From positions 1,165,461 to 1,229,460 of the forward strand of contig CAVPIX010000010.1 in NCBI GenBank assembly GCA_963705115.1: 64,000 nucleotides of DNA, in the 5' to 3' direction. Below are positions 49,216-60,189 of this stretch, in pieces; positions within the stretch are counted from its first letter, which is position 1; every line of letters starts with the position of its first letter. The notes under the pieces were generated by a model. It worked only from the letters and a program-made list of their open reading frames with translations. It made no database searches and had not been told where the DNA came from. Source of the DNA: an uncultured delta proteobacterium. GTDB taxonomy: Bacteria > Desulfobacterota > Desulfobaccia > Desulfobaccales > 0-14-0-80-60-11. The position numbers and the translations under genes are program-made.

Positions 49216-49286
49216 GTCATTCTGAGGGAGCCGCAGGCGACTGAAGAATCTCTAAATACGAGATGCTTCGCTCCGCTCAGCATGAC
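49216..49286. repeat. GTCATTCTGAGGGAGC...GCTCCGCTCAGCATGAC inverted-repeat hairpin element
   Basis: Read directly. A related half-site GTCATGCTGAGCGAGG lies at about 56424. Confidence 0.7.
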
Positions 49287-49517
49287 AAGAAGACGTTAAA
49301 GTGTAGGGTGGGCACTGCCCACCAATTCCCTAGAAAAGATTCAGGTTCTGTAGGGTGGCCCAGGGAAATGCCAGGGGAAGCGCAGGTGACGCGTCCGGCT
49401 GTTTATTAAGCTTGTTCCAGGCCCCTCTCCGGTCTATGATAAGGGCTGGGTTGCAACGACGGAGGGCCTGCCCTCCTCACCCCGCAGGTTATCAGAAGAA
49501 CAGTGAGGGGTCCTGAC

Positions 49518-50924
49518 ATGAACATCACCTTTAACGGCGCAGTCCAGACCGTCACCGGTTCGCAGCATTTGCTCACCTTGAACGGCCAAAAAATATTGCT
49601 GGAATGCGGTCTCTATCAGGGGAAACGGGAAGAGTCCAGAATCAGGAACCAGGATTTCTCCTATGATCCCAAAGAGATCGATGTCCTGGTTCTGTCCCAT
49701 GCCCACATCGATCATTCCGGCAATATCCCGAACCTGGTGCGCCAGGGTTTTCAGGGCAGGATTGTCTGCACCTCAGCCACCGTGGACCTCTGCAGGGCCA
49801 TGCTCCTTGACAGCGGCCACATTCAGGAAATGGACGTGATGTACGTCAATAAAAAACGGCTCCAGCGGGGCGAACCCCCGGTGAAGCCCATTTACACCCA
49901 GGAAGATGCGGCCCGGTCCCTCAAGCATTTCCAGGGTATCGAATATGACGAGCCTTATTTGTTAGGGCCGGGGATCACTCTCACCCTGTACGATGCCGGC
50001 CACTTGCTGGGTTCGGCCATTGTGGCCCTGGATTTCGCCGAAGGCAACGGGCGGCCCAGCAAGCGCCTGGTTTTCTCCGGTGACCTGGGGCGGATGGAGG
50101 TGCCCATCCTGCGAGACCCCACCTTCCTGGAAGAGGCTGATATTCTCCTCATCGAGAGCACCTATGGCAGCCGGCTGCACCCCCCCATCGAAGACTCGGC
50201 CAGGGAGCTGGAGAAAGTCATCAGGCGCACCTATGAGCGTGGCGGCAAAGTCATCATTCCGTCCTTTGCCGTGGAGCGCACTCAGCTTCTGGTCTATCTC
50301 CTGAACGAGCTCTACAACCAGGGGAGCCTCCCGGACATGCCGGTGTTTGTGGACAGCCCCCTGGCGGTGAACGTCACCGAGATCTTCCGCCGCTACCCGG
50401 AATACTTCGATGAGCAAACCCGGGACCTGATTCGCACCGACCCGGACGGCGACGTCTTTAATTTTAAAAGGCTCACTTATGTGCGGGACGTGGAGGAGTC
50501 CAAGGCGTTGAATTATCGGCGGGATCCTTGCATTATTATCAGCGCTTCGGGCATGGCCGAAGCCGGACGCATCCAGCACCACCTCAAGAACAATATCGGC
50601 GACCCCCGCAACACCGTGCTCATCGTGGGCTGGCAGGCCCCCAATACCCTGGGCCGCCGCATTGTGGAGCGGGCGCCGGTGGTCAGGATCTTCGGCCTGG
50701 AATATCCCTTGGAAGCCGAGGTGGTGACCTTAAACGGCTTCAGCGGCCATGCCGATCAGGCGGGGCTGTTGCAGTGGGTGCGGGCTTTTAAGAAGCGGCC
50801 CCAGCAGATCTTTGTGGTGCACGGCGACCCGGACGCGGCTTCGGTGTTTGCCGCCAAACTCCGGGATGAGCTGGGCTATTCCCGGGTAATGATGCCCAGC
50901 CTGCACCAGTCCTTTAATATCTAA
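49518..50924 (+). CDS. MBL-fold beta-CASP family ribonuclease/hydrolase
   Basis: HAHIDHSG motif, later DAGHLLGS, and C-terminal beta-CASP/RMMBL-like region (GFSGHAD). ATG after GAGGGG. Confidence 0.8.
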   Translation: MNITFNGAVQTVTGSQHLLTLNGQKILLECGLYQGKREESRIRNQDFSYDPKEIDVLVLSHAHIDHSGNIPNLVRQGFQGRIVCTSATVDLCRAMLLDSGHIQEMDVMYVNKKRLQRGEPPVKPIYTQEDAARSLKHFQGIEYDEPYLLGPGITLTLYDAGHLLGSAIVALDFAEGNGRPSKRLVFSGDLGRMEVPILRDPTFLEEADILLIESTYGSRLHPPIEDSARELEKVIRRTYERGGKVIIPSFAVERTQLLVYLLNELYNQGSLPDMPVFVDSPLAVNVTEIFRRYPEYFDEQTRDLIRTDPDGDVFNFKRLTYVRDVEESKALNYRRDPCIIISASGMAEAGRIQHHLKNNIGDPRNTVLIVGWQAPNTLGRRIVERAPVVRIFGLEYPLEAEVVTLNGFSGHADQAGLLQWVRAFKKRPQQIFVVHGDPDAASVFAAKLRDELGYSRVMMPSLHQSFNI

Positions 50925-51037
50925 CGAAAGTTTGGTGGGGCGGGCTTGCGCGCCCGCCACCTCCCGGCCCCGAGAGCAGACCGCAGCAAAACAAAAAAGG
51001 GGTTGCGGCCTTAAACCGTAACCCCTGTCTTCTTCCC

Positions 51038-51112
51038 TGGTAGGCACGCGGGGATTTGAACCCCGGACCCCCACCGCGTCAAGGTGGTGCTCTCCCCCTG
51101 AGCTACGTGCCT
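51038..51112 (-). tRNA. tRNA-Val (anticodon GAC)
   Basis: Manual fold. Acceptor AGGCACG/CGTGCCT, D-arm GCTC..GAGC, anticodon stem CCACC/GGTGG with loop TTGACGC, T-arm CGGGG-TTCAAAT-CCCCG, encoded ACCA end. Confidence 0.85.
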
Positions 51113-51243
51113 GTATAGTATTCATTTACCCTTTCAGCCGAAGGCCGTCAAGGTTTTAATGTAACTTATAGGAAACTTGACAATATCAAGGGGGGCTGGT
51201 ATCGTTTGCTGATATTTTGGCAATTCCCCCAAGGAGTTGAGGC

Positions 51244-52113
51244 ATGTATTTTCAGGACGTGTTGATGACCCTGGAGCATTTTTTTGCGAAGCGGGGCTGT
51301 ATCGTGGTCCAGCCCTACGACCTGGAGGTGGGGGCCGGCACCTTCAATCCCCACACCCTGCTCAGGGCCCTGGGGCCGGAGCCCTGGAACGTGGCCTACG
51401 TGGAGCCCTCCAGGCGGCCCGCCGACGGGCGCTACGGCGAAAATCCCAACCGCCTGCAGCACTACTACCAGTACCAGGTAATCATGAAGCCCTCCCCCAA
51501 GGATATCCAGGAGATCTACCTGGACAGCCTCAGGGCCCTGGGGCTTGATCCCCTGGACCATGACGTGCGCTTCGTGGAGGACGACTGGGAATCGCCCACG
51601 TTGGGGGCCTGGGGCCTGGGCTGGGAGGTCTGGCTGGACGGCATGGAAATCACCCAGTTCACCTATTTTCAGCAATGCGGCGGCATCGACCTCGACCCCA
51701 TCAGCGTGGAACTCACCTACGGCCCCGAGCGCATCGCCATGTACCTCCAGGGGGTGGAGAGCGTCTACGACCTCAAATGGACCAAGGACATCACCTACGG
51801 CGACGTTCATCACCGGGGGGAAGTGGAGCACTCCATTTATAATTTCGAGCAGTCGGATGTGGACATGCTCTTTACCTTATTCAATATGTACGAGAAGGAA
51901 AGCCTGCGCGTCATCGAGCATGGCCTGGTGCTGCCGGCCTATGATTATTGCCTGAAGTGCTCCCACGCCTTTAACCTGCTGAACGCCCGGGGAGCCATCA
52001 GCGTGGCCGAGCGGGCCAGCATCATCGGCCGGGTGCGCAACCTGGCCCGCCTGTGCGCCGAAGCCTACCTCAAGCAACGGGAAGACATGGGCTTTCCGTT
52101 GTTGAAAAGATAG
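51244..52113 (+). CDS. glyQ: glycine--tRNA ligase alpha subunit
   Basis: [19 protein letters not shown]...GAGTFNP...[15 protein letters not shown]. Confidence 0.95.
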   Translation: MYFQDVLMTLEHFFAKRGCIVVQPYDLEVGAGTFNPHTLLRALGPEPWNVAYVEPSRRPADGRYGENPNRLQHYYQYQVIMKPSPKDIQEIYLDSLRALGLDPLDHDVRFVEDDWESPTLGAWGLGWEVWLDGMEITQFTYFQQCGGIDLDPISVELTYGPERIAMYLQGVESVYDLKWTKDITYGDVHHRGEVEHSIYNFEQSDVDMLFTLFNMYEKESLRVIEHGLVLPAYDYCLKCSHAFNLLNARGAISVAERASIIGRVRNLARLCAEAYLKQREDMGFPLLKR

Positions 52114-52261
52114 CTTTAAGCTTCAAGCTTTAAGCTTTAGGCTTTAAGTTTTAAGCAAGAGAAGGAAGACAGCGGACAAGAAGTAATGACAGCATCATTG
52201 AATAGAAATGGTTTGATAAAAAAGCCTAAAGCTTACAGCCTATAGCTTACAGCTTATAGCC
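52112..52261. mobile_element. MITE-like repeat inserted between glyQ and glyS
   Basis: AGCTTTAAGC-type arms at 52112-52156 and 52224-52261 in inverted orientation. Same arm family as 34048-34333. Confidence 0.6.
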
Positions 52262-52279
52262 TTTTAAACGAGGACAACC

Positions 52280-54364
52280 ATGGGCAGTGAGTTTTTGTTG
52301 GAGATTGGCACCGAGGAAATTCCGGCTCGCTTTATTCCGCCGGTGTTGGAAGAGATGGCCGCGGCCTTCCGGAAGAAGTTGGAGCAGGAACGCATCGGGG
52401 TGGGAGAAATCGTCACCTGGGGCACCCCCCGGCGTTTGGCCCTGGTGGCCAAGGACATGGCCGGCTCCCAGACTGAGGTGGCCCAGGAGGTGGTGGGGCC
52501 CCCGAAAGCCGTGGCTTATGCGGACGGCAAGCCCACCCCGGCCTTGTTGGGCTTTGCCAAGGCCCAGGGTGTTGCGGTGTCTGAGCTCACCGAGGTGGAA
52601 ACCCCCCGGGGCGTCTATCTGGCGGTGAAGCGCCGCACCCCGGGCCAGCCAACCACGGAACGCCTCAAGGATTTTTTGCCGTCTTTCATCCTGGGTCTAA
52701 ACTTCCCCAAGTCCATGCGCTGGGGTTCCCTCAAGGAAACCTTCGCCCGGCCGATTCACTGGATTCTGGTCCGTTTTGGCGGCGAGGTGGTGTCATTCCC
52801 CCTGGCAGACGTGGTGAGCGGCGGGGTGACCTACGGCCACCGCTTTCTGGGGCCGGAACCCGTGGAAGTGACCGACGCCGACTCCTATGTCAAGGCCCTC
52901 AAGGCGGCCCATGTCATGGTGGACCCGGCGGCGCGCCAGGCCCTTCTGGAGAAGGAGTTGAACGAGGCCGCGGCCAAGGTGGGGGGCGAAGTGGTGCCCA
53001 ACCCGGGGCTGGTGGAAGAAAACACCTTTCTGGTGGAATTTCCCTCCGTGGTCTGCGGCCACTTTGAGGACAAGTTCCTGGCCCTGCCCGATGAGGTGCT
53101 CATCACCTCCATGCGGGAGCACCAGCGGTATTTTTCCCTCAGGGGCAAAGACGGCAAGCTCCTGCCCCATTTCATCGCGGTGAACAACACCCTGACCAGG
53201 AACCCCGACGTGGTCCGCCAGGGCCATGAGCGGGTGCTCCGGGCCCGCCTCTCCGACGCCATGTACTTTTACCAGGTGGACAGCAAGGTCCCCCTGGGAG
53301 ATCGGGTGGCGGACCTCAAAGGGGTGGTCTTCCATTCCCTTTTGGGCACCTCGTATGGCAAAATGGAACGCTTCCGGACCCTGGCTGAGTATCTCTTGAA
53401 GAATACCGTGGCCGAAGACGACAAATTCTTTAAGGTCGACCCGGAGGTGGTGAAGCGGGCCGCCACCCTGTGCAAGGCCGATATCGTCACCGAGGTGGTG
53501 GGGGAATTCCCCAGCCTTCAGGGGGCCATGGGCCGCCAGTATGCCAAGCTGGGCAAAGAAGACCCCCAGGTGGCGGAGGCCATCTTTTCCCATTATCTGC
53601 CCCGGCACGCCGACGATCTTCTCCCGGAAGATGCGGCGGGGGTTCTGGTGGGCCTGGCCGACCGTTTTGACACCATCTGCGGCATCTTCGGGGTGGGCAT
53701 AAGCCCCACCGGCACCGCCGACCCTTACGGCTTGCGCCGCCACGCTCTGGCCGTTATCCGCATCCTGCGGCAGCACCGCCTGCACCTGGACCTCCCCGGC
53801 GCGGTCCTGGCCAGCCTGGATCTCCAGAAAGAGGCCATCACCCGCACTCCGGAGGACACGGCCTTGGAAGTTCTGGACTTTTTCCAGACCCGTCTGCAGC
53901 ATCTCCTCCTGGCCGAAGGCAATGAACACGAAACCGTGGCCGCGGTGCTGGCCAGCGGCGGCCGGGACGTGGTGGAAGCCGCCGACAAAGTGAAGGCCCT
54001 GGAAGAAATCCGCCAGAGTCCCGATTTTCCGACCCTGGCCGTGGCCTTCAAACGGGTCATCAATATTTCGACGGGGGCCGAGACGGGAGAAGTGACGGAA
54101 GGCCTCTTTGAGCACCCGGAGGAGAAGGTGCTCTTTGAGGCGGCCGTGCTCATGGAAAGCGAAGTGGACGCGGCCCTGGCCCGCCGGGATTACCCCGGGG
54201 CCTGCCGGGCCCTGGCCAAACTCAAAGGCCCGGTGGACGCCTTCTTCGACAAGGTGCTGGTCATGGCCGAAGACCCGCGCCTCAAGCAGAACCGCCTGGC
54301 CCTTCTGGCCCGCATCAGCCGGACCTTTCTCCAGATGGCGGATTTTTCCAAAATCACCACGTGA
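52280..54364 (+). CDS. glyS: glycine--tRNA ligase beta subunit
   Basis: FLLEIGTEEIPARF N-terminus; 694 aa. Confidence 0.95.
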   Translation: MGSEFLLEIGTEEIPARFIPPVLEEMAAAFRKKLEQERIGVGEIVTWGTPRRLALVAKDMAGSQTEVAQEVVGPPKAVAYADGKPTPALLGFAKAQGVAVSELTEVETPRGVYLAVKRRTPGQPTTERLKDFLPSFILGLNFPKSMRWGSLKETFARPIHWILVRFGGEVVSFPLADVVSGGVTYGHRFLGPEPVEVTDADSYVKALKAAHVMVDPAARQALLEKELNEAAAKVGGEVVPNPGLVEENTFLVEFPSVVCGHFEDKFLALPDEVLITSMREHQRYFSLRGKDGKLLPHFIAVNNTLTRNPDVVRQGHERVLRARLSDAMYFYQVDSKVPLGDRVADLKGVVFHSLLGTSYGKMERFRTLAEYLLKNTVAEDDKFFKVDPEVVKRAATLCKADIVTEVVGEFPSLQGAMGRQYAKLGKEDPQVAEAIFSHYLPRHADDLLPEDAAGVLVGLADRFDTICGIFGVGISPTGTADPYGLRRHALAVIRILRQHRLHLDLPGAVLASLDLQKEAITRTPEDTALEVLDFFQTRLQHLLLAEGNEHETVAAVLASGGRDVVEAADKVKALEEIRQSPDFPTLAVAFKRVINISTGAETGEVTEGLFEHPEEKVLFEAAVLMESEVDAALARRDYPGACRALAKLKGPVDAFFDKVLVMAEDPRLKQNRLALLARISRTFLQMADFSKITT

Positions 54365-54628
54365 GGCCGGATAGCGTCTGAAGCGGTTCTTCTGCTGCAT
54401 GATTTCCGAAAAATTAATTTCACCAGTTCCATGCCGTTCACGAATACGTTGCTGGTTTTATGAACCATTTTACTGAGTAGCCGCTGGCTTCAGACCGGAT
54501 ATTCTCCGAAGCTTTGCGGCTACAGTTGTTTCCACGGGCTATCTACGCGATTATGATGGAATCAATCATAAAGCTTAAGTTTAATATCGAGTAGCGTTCT
54601 CAAAGCGGTTTTTTGTAGCCGCAGGTTT

Positions 54629-54702
54629 TACCGTGAAAATCCCCCGTAGGGGCGACGCATGCGTCGCCCCTACAACAGGTTTTCGTCTTTAGGGTGGCCC
54701 AA
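54629..54702 (+). repeat. ~75-nt element centred on GTAGGGGCGACGCATGCGTCGCCCCTAC
   Basis: Near-identical copies at 34211-34283 (same orientation) and 61971-62048 (inverted). Confidence 0.85.
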
Positions 54703-54879
54703 ATCGGCCCATAAACGTTTAGCCTACGCTTGGGCAAGGCAAGCCTTGCCCCTATAATCATTTGTCGCTTGACAGCAATCTCATGTTAGACACATTTTAG
54801 CCTAGAAGGCAGTAGGCCTTGTTGCTAACGTATTAATAACTATAATTCTTTCATCCTATAACAGAAAACGGTATTTAAA

Positions 54880-56373
54880 ATGCGCCGCTGGTTCCGAAAG
54901 AAAGACCACATACCTGAAGACCTGGACAATGAAGCCGTAATCTCCCTGGAGGAGGAGGCCCAGGAGGCTTTTCCCCCAGCCATGGAGGACGCCTCCGCGG
55001 CTCAAGAAATCCGGGAGTCAGGCCCCGATACGCCACCTCCTGCCGAGTCAATATCCCCAGAAGCCGTTTCTCTGTTAGAGGACGAATCCGAAGCCGCCGC
55101 GCCTGAGGCTGAAGCCGAAGCCCCGTCGTCCCGCCCCGGTTTTTTCCACCGCATGTTCCGCAAGGAGGCTCTCCCGGAGGAGACCGAGGCCCCCGAAGAG
55201 GAAATGCAGACGGGGATGGAGGTCCAGCCGGCGCCCGCCGCAGAGACCCCGCCGGTCAGGGAAACTTCTCCGGCTCTGGAAACCCAGTCAGTCATCGAGT
55301 CCCCGCCAACTATGGAGGTCCCACCGGTTATAGAATCCCCGCCAGTTGTAGAATCCCAGCCGCTGACGGCCCCTATTCCCCCCGAGCCCATCCTGGAAGA
55401 AGATGAGGACATAATTGATCTCCTGGATGAGCTGCCGGAGGATGCGCCCGGGGCGGCCGAGGTCAAGAAACGCCGGTTCCGCCGCTTCCGGGAGCGCCTG
55501 GTGCGCACCCGCCAAAGCCTGGCCGGGGGCCTGGAACGCCTTTTTCTGGGCCGCCGGGAGGTGGACGCCGATGTCCTGGATGAGCTGGAGGAAATGCTCA
55601 TCACCGCGGATTTGGGGGTGGACACCACCCTGCGCCTGGTGGAGGTCATCCGGGAGAAGGTCAAGCGCCGGGAGTTGAGCGACGCGGACCGCCTCAAGGA
55701 GGCCCTGCGGGAGGAAATGGTGAATATCCTCAGCGGGCCGCCGCCGCCGCCCCGCACAGCCACGCCCTGGGTGATCCTCATGGTGGGGGTGAACGGCGTG
55801 GGCAAAACCACCACCATCGCCAAGCTGGCGTATCGGGAAAGGCGCCTGGGACGCAATCCCATGCTTATCGCGGCTGACACCTTTCGGGCCGCGGCGGTGG
55901 AACAACTGGAGATTTGGGGTGAGCGGGTGGGGGCCCAGGTGGTCAAGCAAAAAACCGGGGCCGACCCCGCCGCGGTGGTCTTTGACGGGCTGGAGGCCGC
56001 CCTGGCCCGGGGCGTGGACACGGTGTTCGTTGATACCGCCGGCCGCCTGCACACCAAGGTGAACCTCATGGAGGAGCTCAAAAAGATTCACCGCACTGCC
56101 ACGAAAAAAATGGCCGGGGCGCCCCACGAAATTTTGCTTATCCTGGACGCCACCACCGGCCAGAATGCCCTGAGCCAGGCCCGCCTGTTCCACGAGGCCG
56201 TGGGGGTGACGGGCATTGTCCTCACCAAGTTGGACGGCACCGCCAAAGGGGGCATGGCCCTGGCCGTGTCTCATGAAACGGGCCTCCCCATCCGATACGT
56301 GGGAGTGGGGGAGGGCATGACCGATCTCCAGCCTTTCGACCCCGAGGCCTTTGTGGCCGCTATCCTGGATTGA
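54880..56373 (+). CDS. ftsY: signal recognition particle receptor FtsY with long acidic Pro/Glu-rich N-terminal region
   Basis: [34 protein letters not shown]. Confidence 0.9.
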   Translation: MRRWFRKKDHIPEDLDNEAVISLEEEAQEAFPPAMEDASAAQEIRESGPDTPPPAESISPEAVSLLEDESEAAAPEAEAEAPSSRPGFFHRMFRKEALPEETEAPEEEMQTGMEVQPAPAAETPPVRETSPALETQSVIESPPTMEVPPVIESPPVVESQPLTAPIPPEPILEEDEDIIDLLDELPEDAPGAAEVKKRRFRRFRERLVRTRQSLAGGLERLFLGRREVDADVLDELEEMLITADLGVDTTLRLVEVIREKVKRRELSDADRLKEALREEMVNILSGPPPPPRTATPWVILMVGVNGVGKTTTIAKLAYRERRLGRNPMLIAADTFRAAAVEQLEIWGERVGAQVVKQKTGADPAAVVFDGLEAALARGVDTVFVDTAGRLHTKVNLMEELKKIHRTATKKMAGAPHEILLILDATTGQNALSQARLFHEAVGVTGIVLTKLDGTAKGGMALAVSHETGLPIRYVGVGEGMTDLQPFDPEAFVAAILD

Positions 56374-56682
56374 AGGCAGATTGACAGCAAGGGGGCAGGA
56401 AGAATATCCTTCCCTTATAAGTGTCATGCTGAGCGAGGTCTCAAGCCCTGAGGGTCCGGAGCAAAGGGAAGCCCATCAAGGGGGTGATTTATCCTTTAAT
56501 ATTAGGGCCATAGTGGTCGCAAAAGATTTCTCTTATCCCCCTCACCCTCACCCTCTCCCCCCGAGAGGGAATTTAAGGAAAAAATTTTGCAGACCCTATA
56601 TTCATTGGCATAACGCCACAAGGTGCCAAGTTCCTCTTAACATTTTGCTGTTCACTCTTGTCCAACGCGGAAAGGCTGGTTA

Positions 56683-57165
56683 TTGAAAACCCTCACTTAC
56701 TCCACCTTCTGGCGCTATTGGGTTCCGCCCCTCATCTGGGCGCTAGTGATTATGGGCCTCTCCGGCGACCTGGGTTCGGGCCCGAAATCTTTCAATATTG
56801 TCAATTGGATAGTCTCCTGCATAGTCACGTTGGACCCTGAGGCCCTTTCCCTCCTGCACTTCCGCATTCGCAAGATGATGCATGTCATTTTCTACGGCGT
56901 GCTGTCGGTCCTCTGGTTTCGGGCTTTGATGGCTTCCTATCCCAGGCGTCTTTATGCCAACATCGCCCTGGCCCTGGGTTTATGCCTGGCGGTGGCGGCG
57001 GCGGATGAAGGGTATCAGTTTCTGTTTGCCTTTGCTTCTCGAACCGGAACCCTGGGGGATGTGGCCCTGGACATGGCCGGCGGGGTCCTTTTTCTGTTCC
57101 CCGCGGCGTCCTACTGGAAAAGAAAAAACCTGATTCCCTCCGAGTTTAAAGCCCCATTACCCTGA
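56683..57165 (+). CDS. VanZ-family membrane protein
   Basis: Four predicted TM helices and an HVIFYGVLS-like VanZ pattern. TTG start. Confidence 0.45.
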   Translation: MKTLTYSTFWRYWVPPLIWALVIMGLSGDLGSGPKSFNIVNWIVSCIVTLDPEALSLLHFRIRKMMHVIFYGVLSVLWFRALMASYPRRLYANIALALGLCLAVAAADEGYQFLFAFASRTGTLGDVALDMAGGVLFLFPAASYWKRKNLIPSEFKAPLP

Positions 57166-57298
57166 GGCGCATCTCTCTGTCCGGGCTTCTTGCAATGTGG
57201 AAAAAAAGATTTATATTGGTTTAACAGATTTTGGCATTTTATAACGGGTTACAGTCACATGGACCGGAACCCGCCTCTAAATCACAACTTTTCGAGCG

Positions 57299-58720
57299 GT
57301 GATCATCGTGGCTTTTGTTCAAAACCAAGCGAACAAATCTTTTTCTGCCTTTTTGGTTCTTGTTGTCTGGATTTTTCTCCTCGCAGGGTCATCTCGGGTC
57401 AGTGGGGCCCAGGAGAGCGCCGGACCCTTTTCCCAGGTGGTGGAGCACAAGCTGAAAAACGGCATGCTGGTCCTGGTTCTCCGGGAACCCCGGGCGCCCC
57501 TCATCAGTCACCAGGTCTGGTACAAGGTGGGCTCCCGCAATGAAATGCTGGGGAAAACCGGCCTCTCCCATCTCACCGAACACCTCATGTTCAAGGGCAC
57601 GGACAAGCTTAAGCCCAAGGAATTCTCCCGCCTCATCCAAAAGGCCGGGGGCAATGACAACGCCTTTACCAGCAAGGATTATACCGCCTATTTCCAGAAC
57701 GGCCCCAAGACCGAGCTCAAGCGCTGGATGGAATTGGAGGCTGACCGCATGCGGGGCCTCAAGGTGGACGACAAGGCCTTTGACACGGAAAAGAAGGTGG
57801 TGCTGGAAGAGCGGCGCCTCCGCACTGAAGACGACCCCATCAGCTTCCTCATGGAAGACACGGTGGCCTCGGCGTACAAGGCCCACCCCTATCAATGGCC
57901 CATCGTCGGCTGGTATCATGATTTGGAGACCGCCAGCCGGGATGATTTCCTCAAATATTACAATACCTACTATCAGCCCAACAACGCCACCCTGGTGGTG
58001 GTGGGGGACGTCAACCCCAAGGAAGTCATAGCCTGGGCCGAAGATACTTACGGCCGCATACCGGCGGGGTCCCAACCCCCTGCCGTCACCGCCAAGGAAC
58101 CGCCGCAATACGGGGAACGCCGGGTGCAGGTGCAGCGGGAGGCCCAATTGCCCTACCTGGTCATGGCCTACCACGTGCCCAATTGGGACAACCCCGACGC
58201 CTTCGCCCTGGAGCTTCTGAGCTCCATCCTCTCCCAGGGACGCAGTTCCCGGCTCTACCACAAACTGGTGTACAAGGACCGCCTGGCCCTGGAGGCCGGG
58301 GCCGACTATAACCTGGATACGGCCAGCGACTCCATTCTGGTGTTCTACGGCCAACCCTTGCCGGGCAAGACGGTGGCCCAGGTGGAACGGGCCCTGGACT
58401 CGGAAATCAAGAGGCTGCAGACGGACCTGGTGGAGCCCCAGGAATTGGAAAAGGCCAAAAACCAGGTGGCCTCATCGTTTTATCTGGCCATGGACTCCCT
58501 GTTCTACCGGGGCATGCTCCTGGGCAAGCTGGCCACCGTGGCCCGCTGGAACCTGCTGAATGAATACATTCCCAAGATTCAGCAGGTGACCGCAGAGGAT
58601 ATCCGCCGGGTGGCCCGCCAGTATCTCGTTACCAACAACCGCACCCTGGGGGTCCTTCTTCCCATAAAAAGCGACCGGCCCACAGTCGGACGCTATCAAC
58701 CCGCCGGAACCGTGCACTAA
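57299..58720 (+). CDS. M16-family (pitrilysin) zinc peptidase, active subunit
   Basis: HLTEH (HxxEH) motif and signal peptide. Confidence 0.85.
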   Translation: MIIVAFVQNQANKSFSAFLVLVVWIFLLAGSSRVSGAQESAGPFSQVVEHKLKNGMLVLVLREPRAPLISHQVWYKVGSRNEMLGKTGLSHLTEHLMFKGTDKLKPKEFSRLIQKAGGNDNAFTSKDYTAYFQNGPKTELKRWMELEADRMRGLKVDDKAFDTEKKVVLEERRLRTEDDPISFLMEDTVASAYKAHPYQWPIVGWYHDLETASRDDFLKYYNTYYQPNNATLVVVGDVNPKEVIAWAEDTYGRIPAGSQPPAVTAKEPPQYGERRVQVQREAQLPYLVMAYHVPNWDNPDAFALELLSSILSQGRSSRLYHKLVYKDRLALEAGADYNLDTASDSILVFYGQPLPGKTVAQVERALDSEIKRLQTDLVEPQELEKAKNQVASSFYLAMDSLFYRGMLLGKLATVARWNLLNEYIPKIQQVTAEDIRRVARQYLVTNNRTLGVLLPIKSDRPTVGRYQPAGTVH

Positions 58721-58805
58721 CTGGTGTTATATTTATTAGCCGACCCGGGCAGAGAAGGGGACATGACGTGAATCTGCCCCTGGGTCAGGCTTTGGGCCTT
58801 GCCAC

Positions 58806-60189
58806 ATGAAAAAGAAGCTGTTCGCCATTGTTCTTGTTGCCCTTGTTCTGACGCCGGCCATCACAGTCGCCCAGGAGTCAGCCGCCCCGCAGGTCCTGGG
58901 GGTGCGTCAGGAGCTCCCCAACGGGCTGGTCTGGCTTTTTTCCGAACAACGCAGTCTGCCCCTGGTAAGCGTGAAGGTGGTGATAAAAGGCGGCGTCCTG
59001 CGAGATCCCCCGGGGAAGGCCGGACTGGCCAACCTCACCGCGGTGCTCCTCACCCAGGGGACCAAGCAGCGCAGCGCCACCCAGATCGCCCAGGAAGTGG
59101 ATTTCCTGGGGGCCAAGCTCGGGGCCAGCGGCAACGACGACTATACCTCGGTGGGTCTCACGGTCCTGAAGAAAAATCTGGAACCGGGACTGGACCTGTT
59201 AAAGGATGTCTTGCTCAATCCGGCCTTCTCTCCGGAAGAGGTGAAGCGCAAGGTCTCCCAGCTCAAGGCCAGTTTTCAGACCGATGAGGACGAACCGGGC
59301 GTGGTGGCCTCCCGGACCTTTGGCCGCCGCCTGTTCGGCAAAAACCCCTATGCCTACCCTCCCAAGGGAACCCCGGAAGGCTTAGAGGCCATTGAGAATA
59401 AAGACCTGGGGGCCTTTCACGACAAGAATTATCGACCCAACAACGCCATCGTCACCATTGTGGGCGACCTGTCCCCGGAGGAGGCCAAGGACTGGGTGGT
59501 CAAGTCTTTCGGCCAATGGCGGCCCGCCCCCATTCCCGAGAATAAAGTGCCTGCCGCGCCTGAACTGAAAAGTGCGGAAAAAATCCTCATTGACAAAGGC
59601 ATCACCCAGGCCAATATTATTTGGGGCCACTTGGGGGTGGCCCGCAGCAACCCGGATTTTTACGCGCTTGCAGGTGCTGAATTATATCTTGGGCGGCGGC
59701 GGTTTTTCTTCCCGGCTGCTCACCAATATCCGGGAGGAGCGGGGCCTGGCCTACTCGGTGGCCAGCGGCTTTGAGGCCGGCCTGGAACCGGGGGCTTTCG
59801 CGGTGAATCTGGAGACCAAAAACCAGAGCGCCGGGGAGGCCATCACCCAGGTCATCAAGGAAGTTGAAAAGATGCGCTCTCAAACCGTGAGCGCCGCGGA
59901 ATTGGATGAGGCCAAATCCTATCTCATCGGCAGCTTCCCGTCCAAGATGGATTCTGTGGCCAAGCGGGCCGCACTTCTGGCCTATGTGGAGTTTTACGGC
60001 CTGGGCTTGGATTATCCCTGGCGCTACCCTTCCCTGATTAAAAACCTAACCCCCGCCGACCTCAAGAAAACGGCGGAGAAGTACTTGCATCCAGAGAGAT
60101 ACCTCCTGGTGGTGGTGGGTAAGAAGAACGAGATGCCTGACGCCGCATCCTTCACCACCCTGCCGGGAGACAAGGAGACCAAAAAATGA
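58806..60189 (+). pseudogene. M16-family peptidase, second (non-HxxEH) subunit, interrupted by a +1 frameshift
   Basis: ORF 58806..59774 reads ...SNPDFYAL and then goes out of frame. QVLNYILGGGGFSSRLLTNIREERGLAYSV continues in ORF 59572..60189. The extra base is near 59668-59671. Confidence 0.75.

Noticed and set aside
52793-54400. 535-aa minus-strand ORF
   Set aside because: Antisense shadow of glyS. The same reasoning applies to 60222..61709 (antisense degP), 55002..56427 (antisense ftsY), 18713..19753 (antisense GH57), 8419..9186 and 9349..10014 (antisense M48), and 35540..37693 (antisense CCA/PAP gene).
55291-55360. Short peptide repeats ([22 protein letters not shown]) in the FtsY N-terminus
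   Set aside because: Acidic, repetitive A-domains are a normal variable feature of FtsY.
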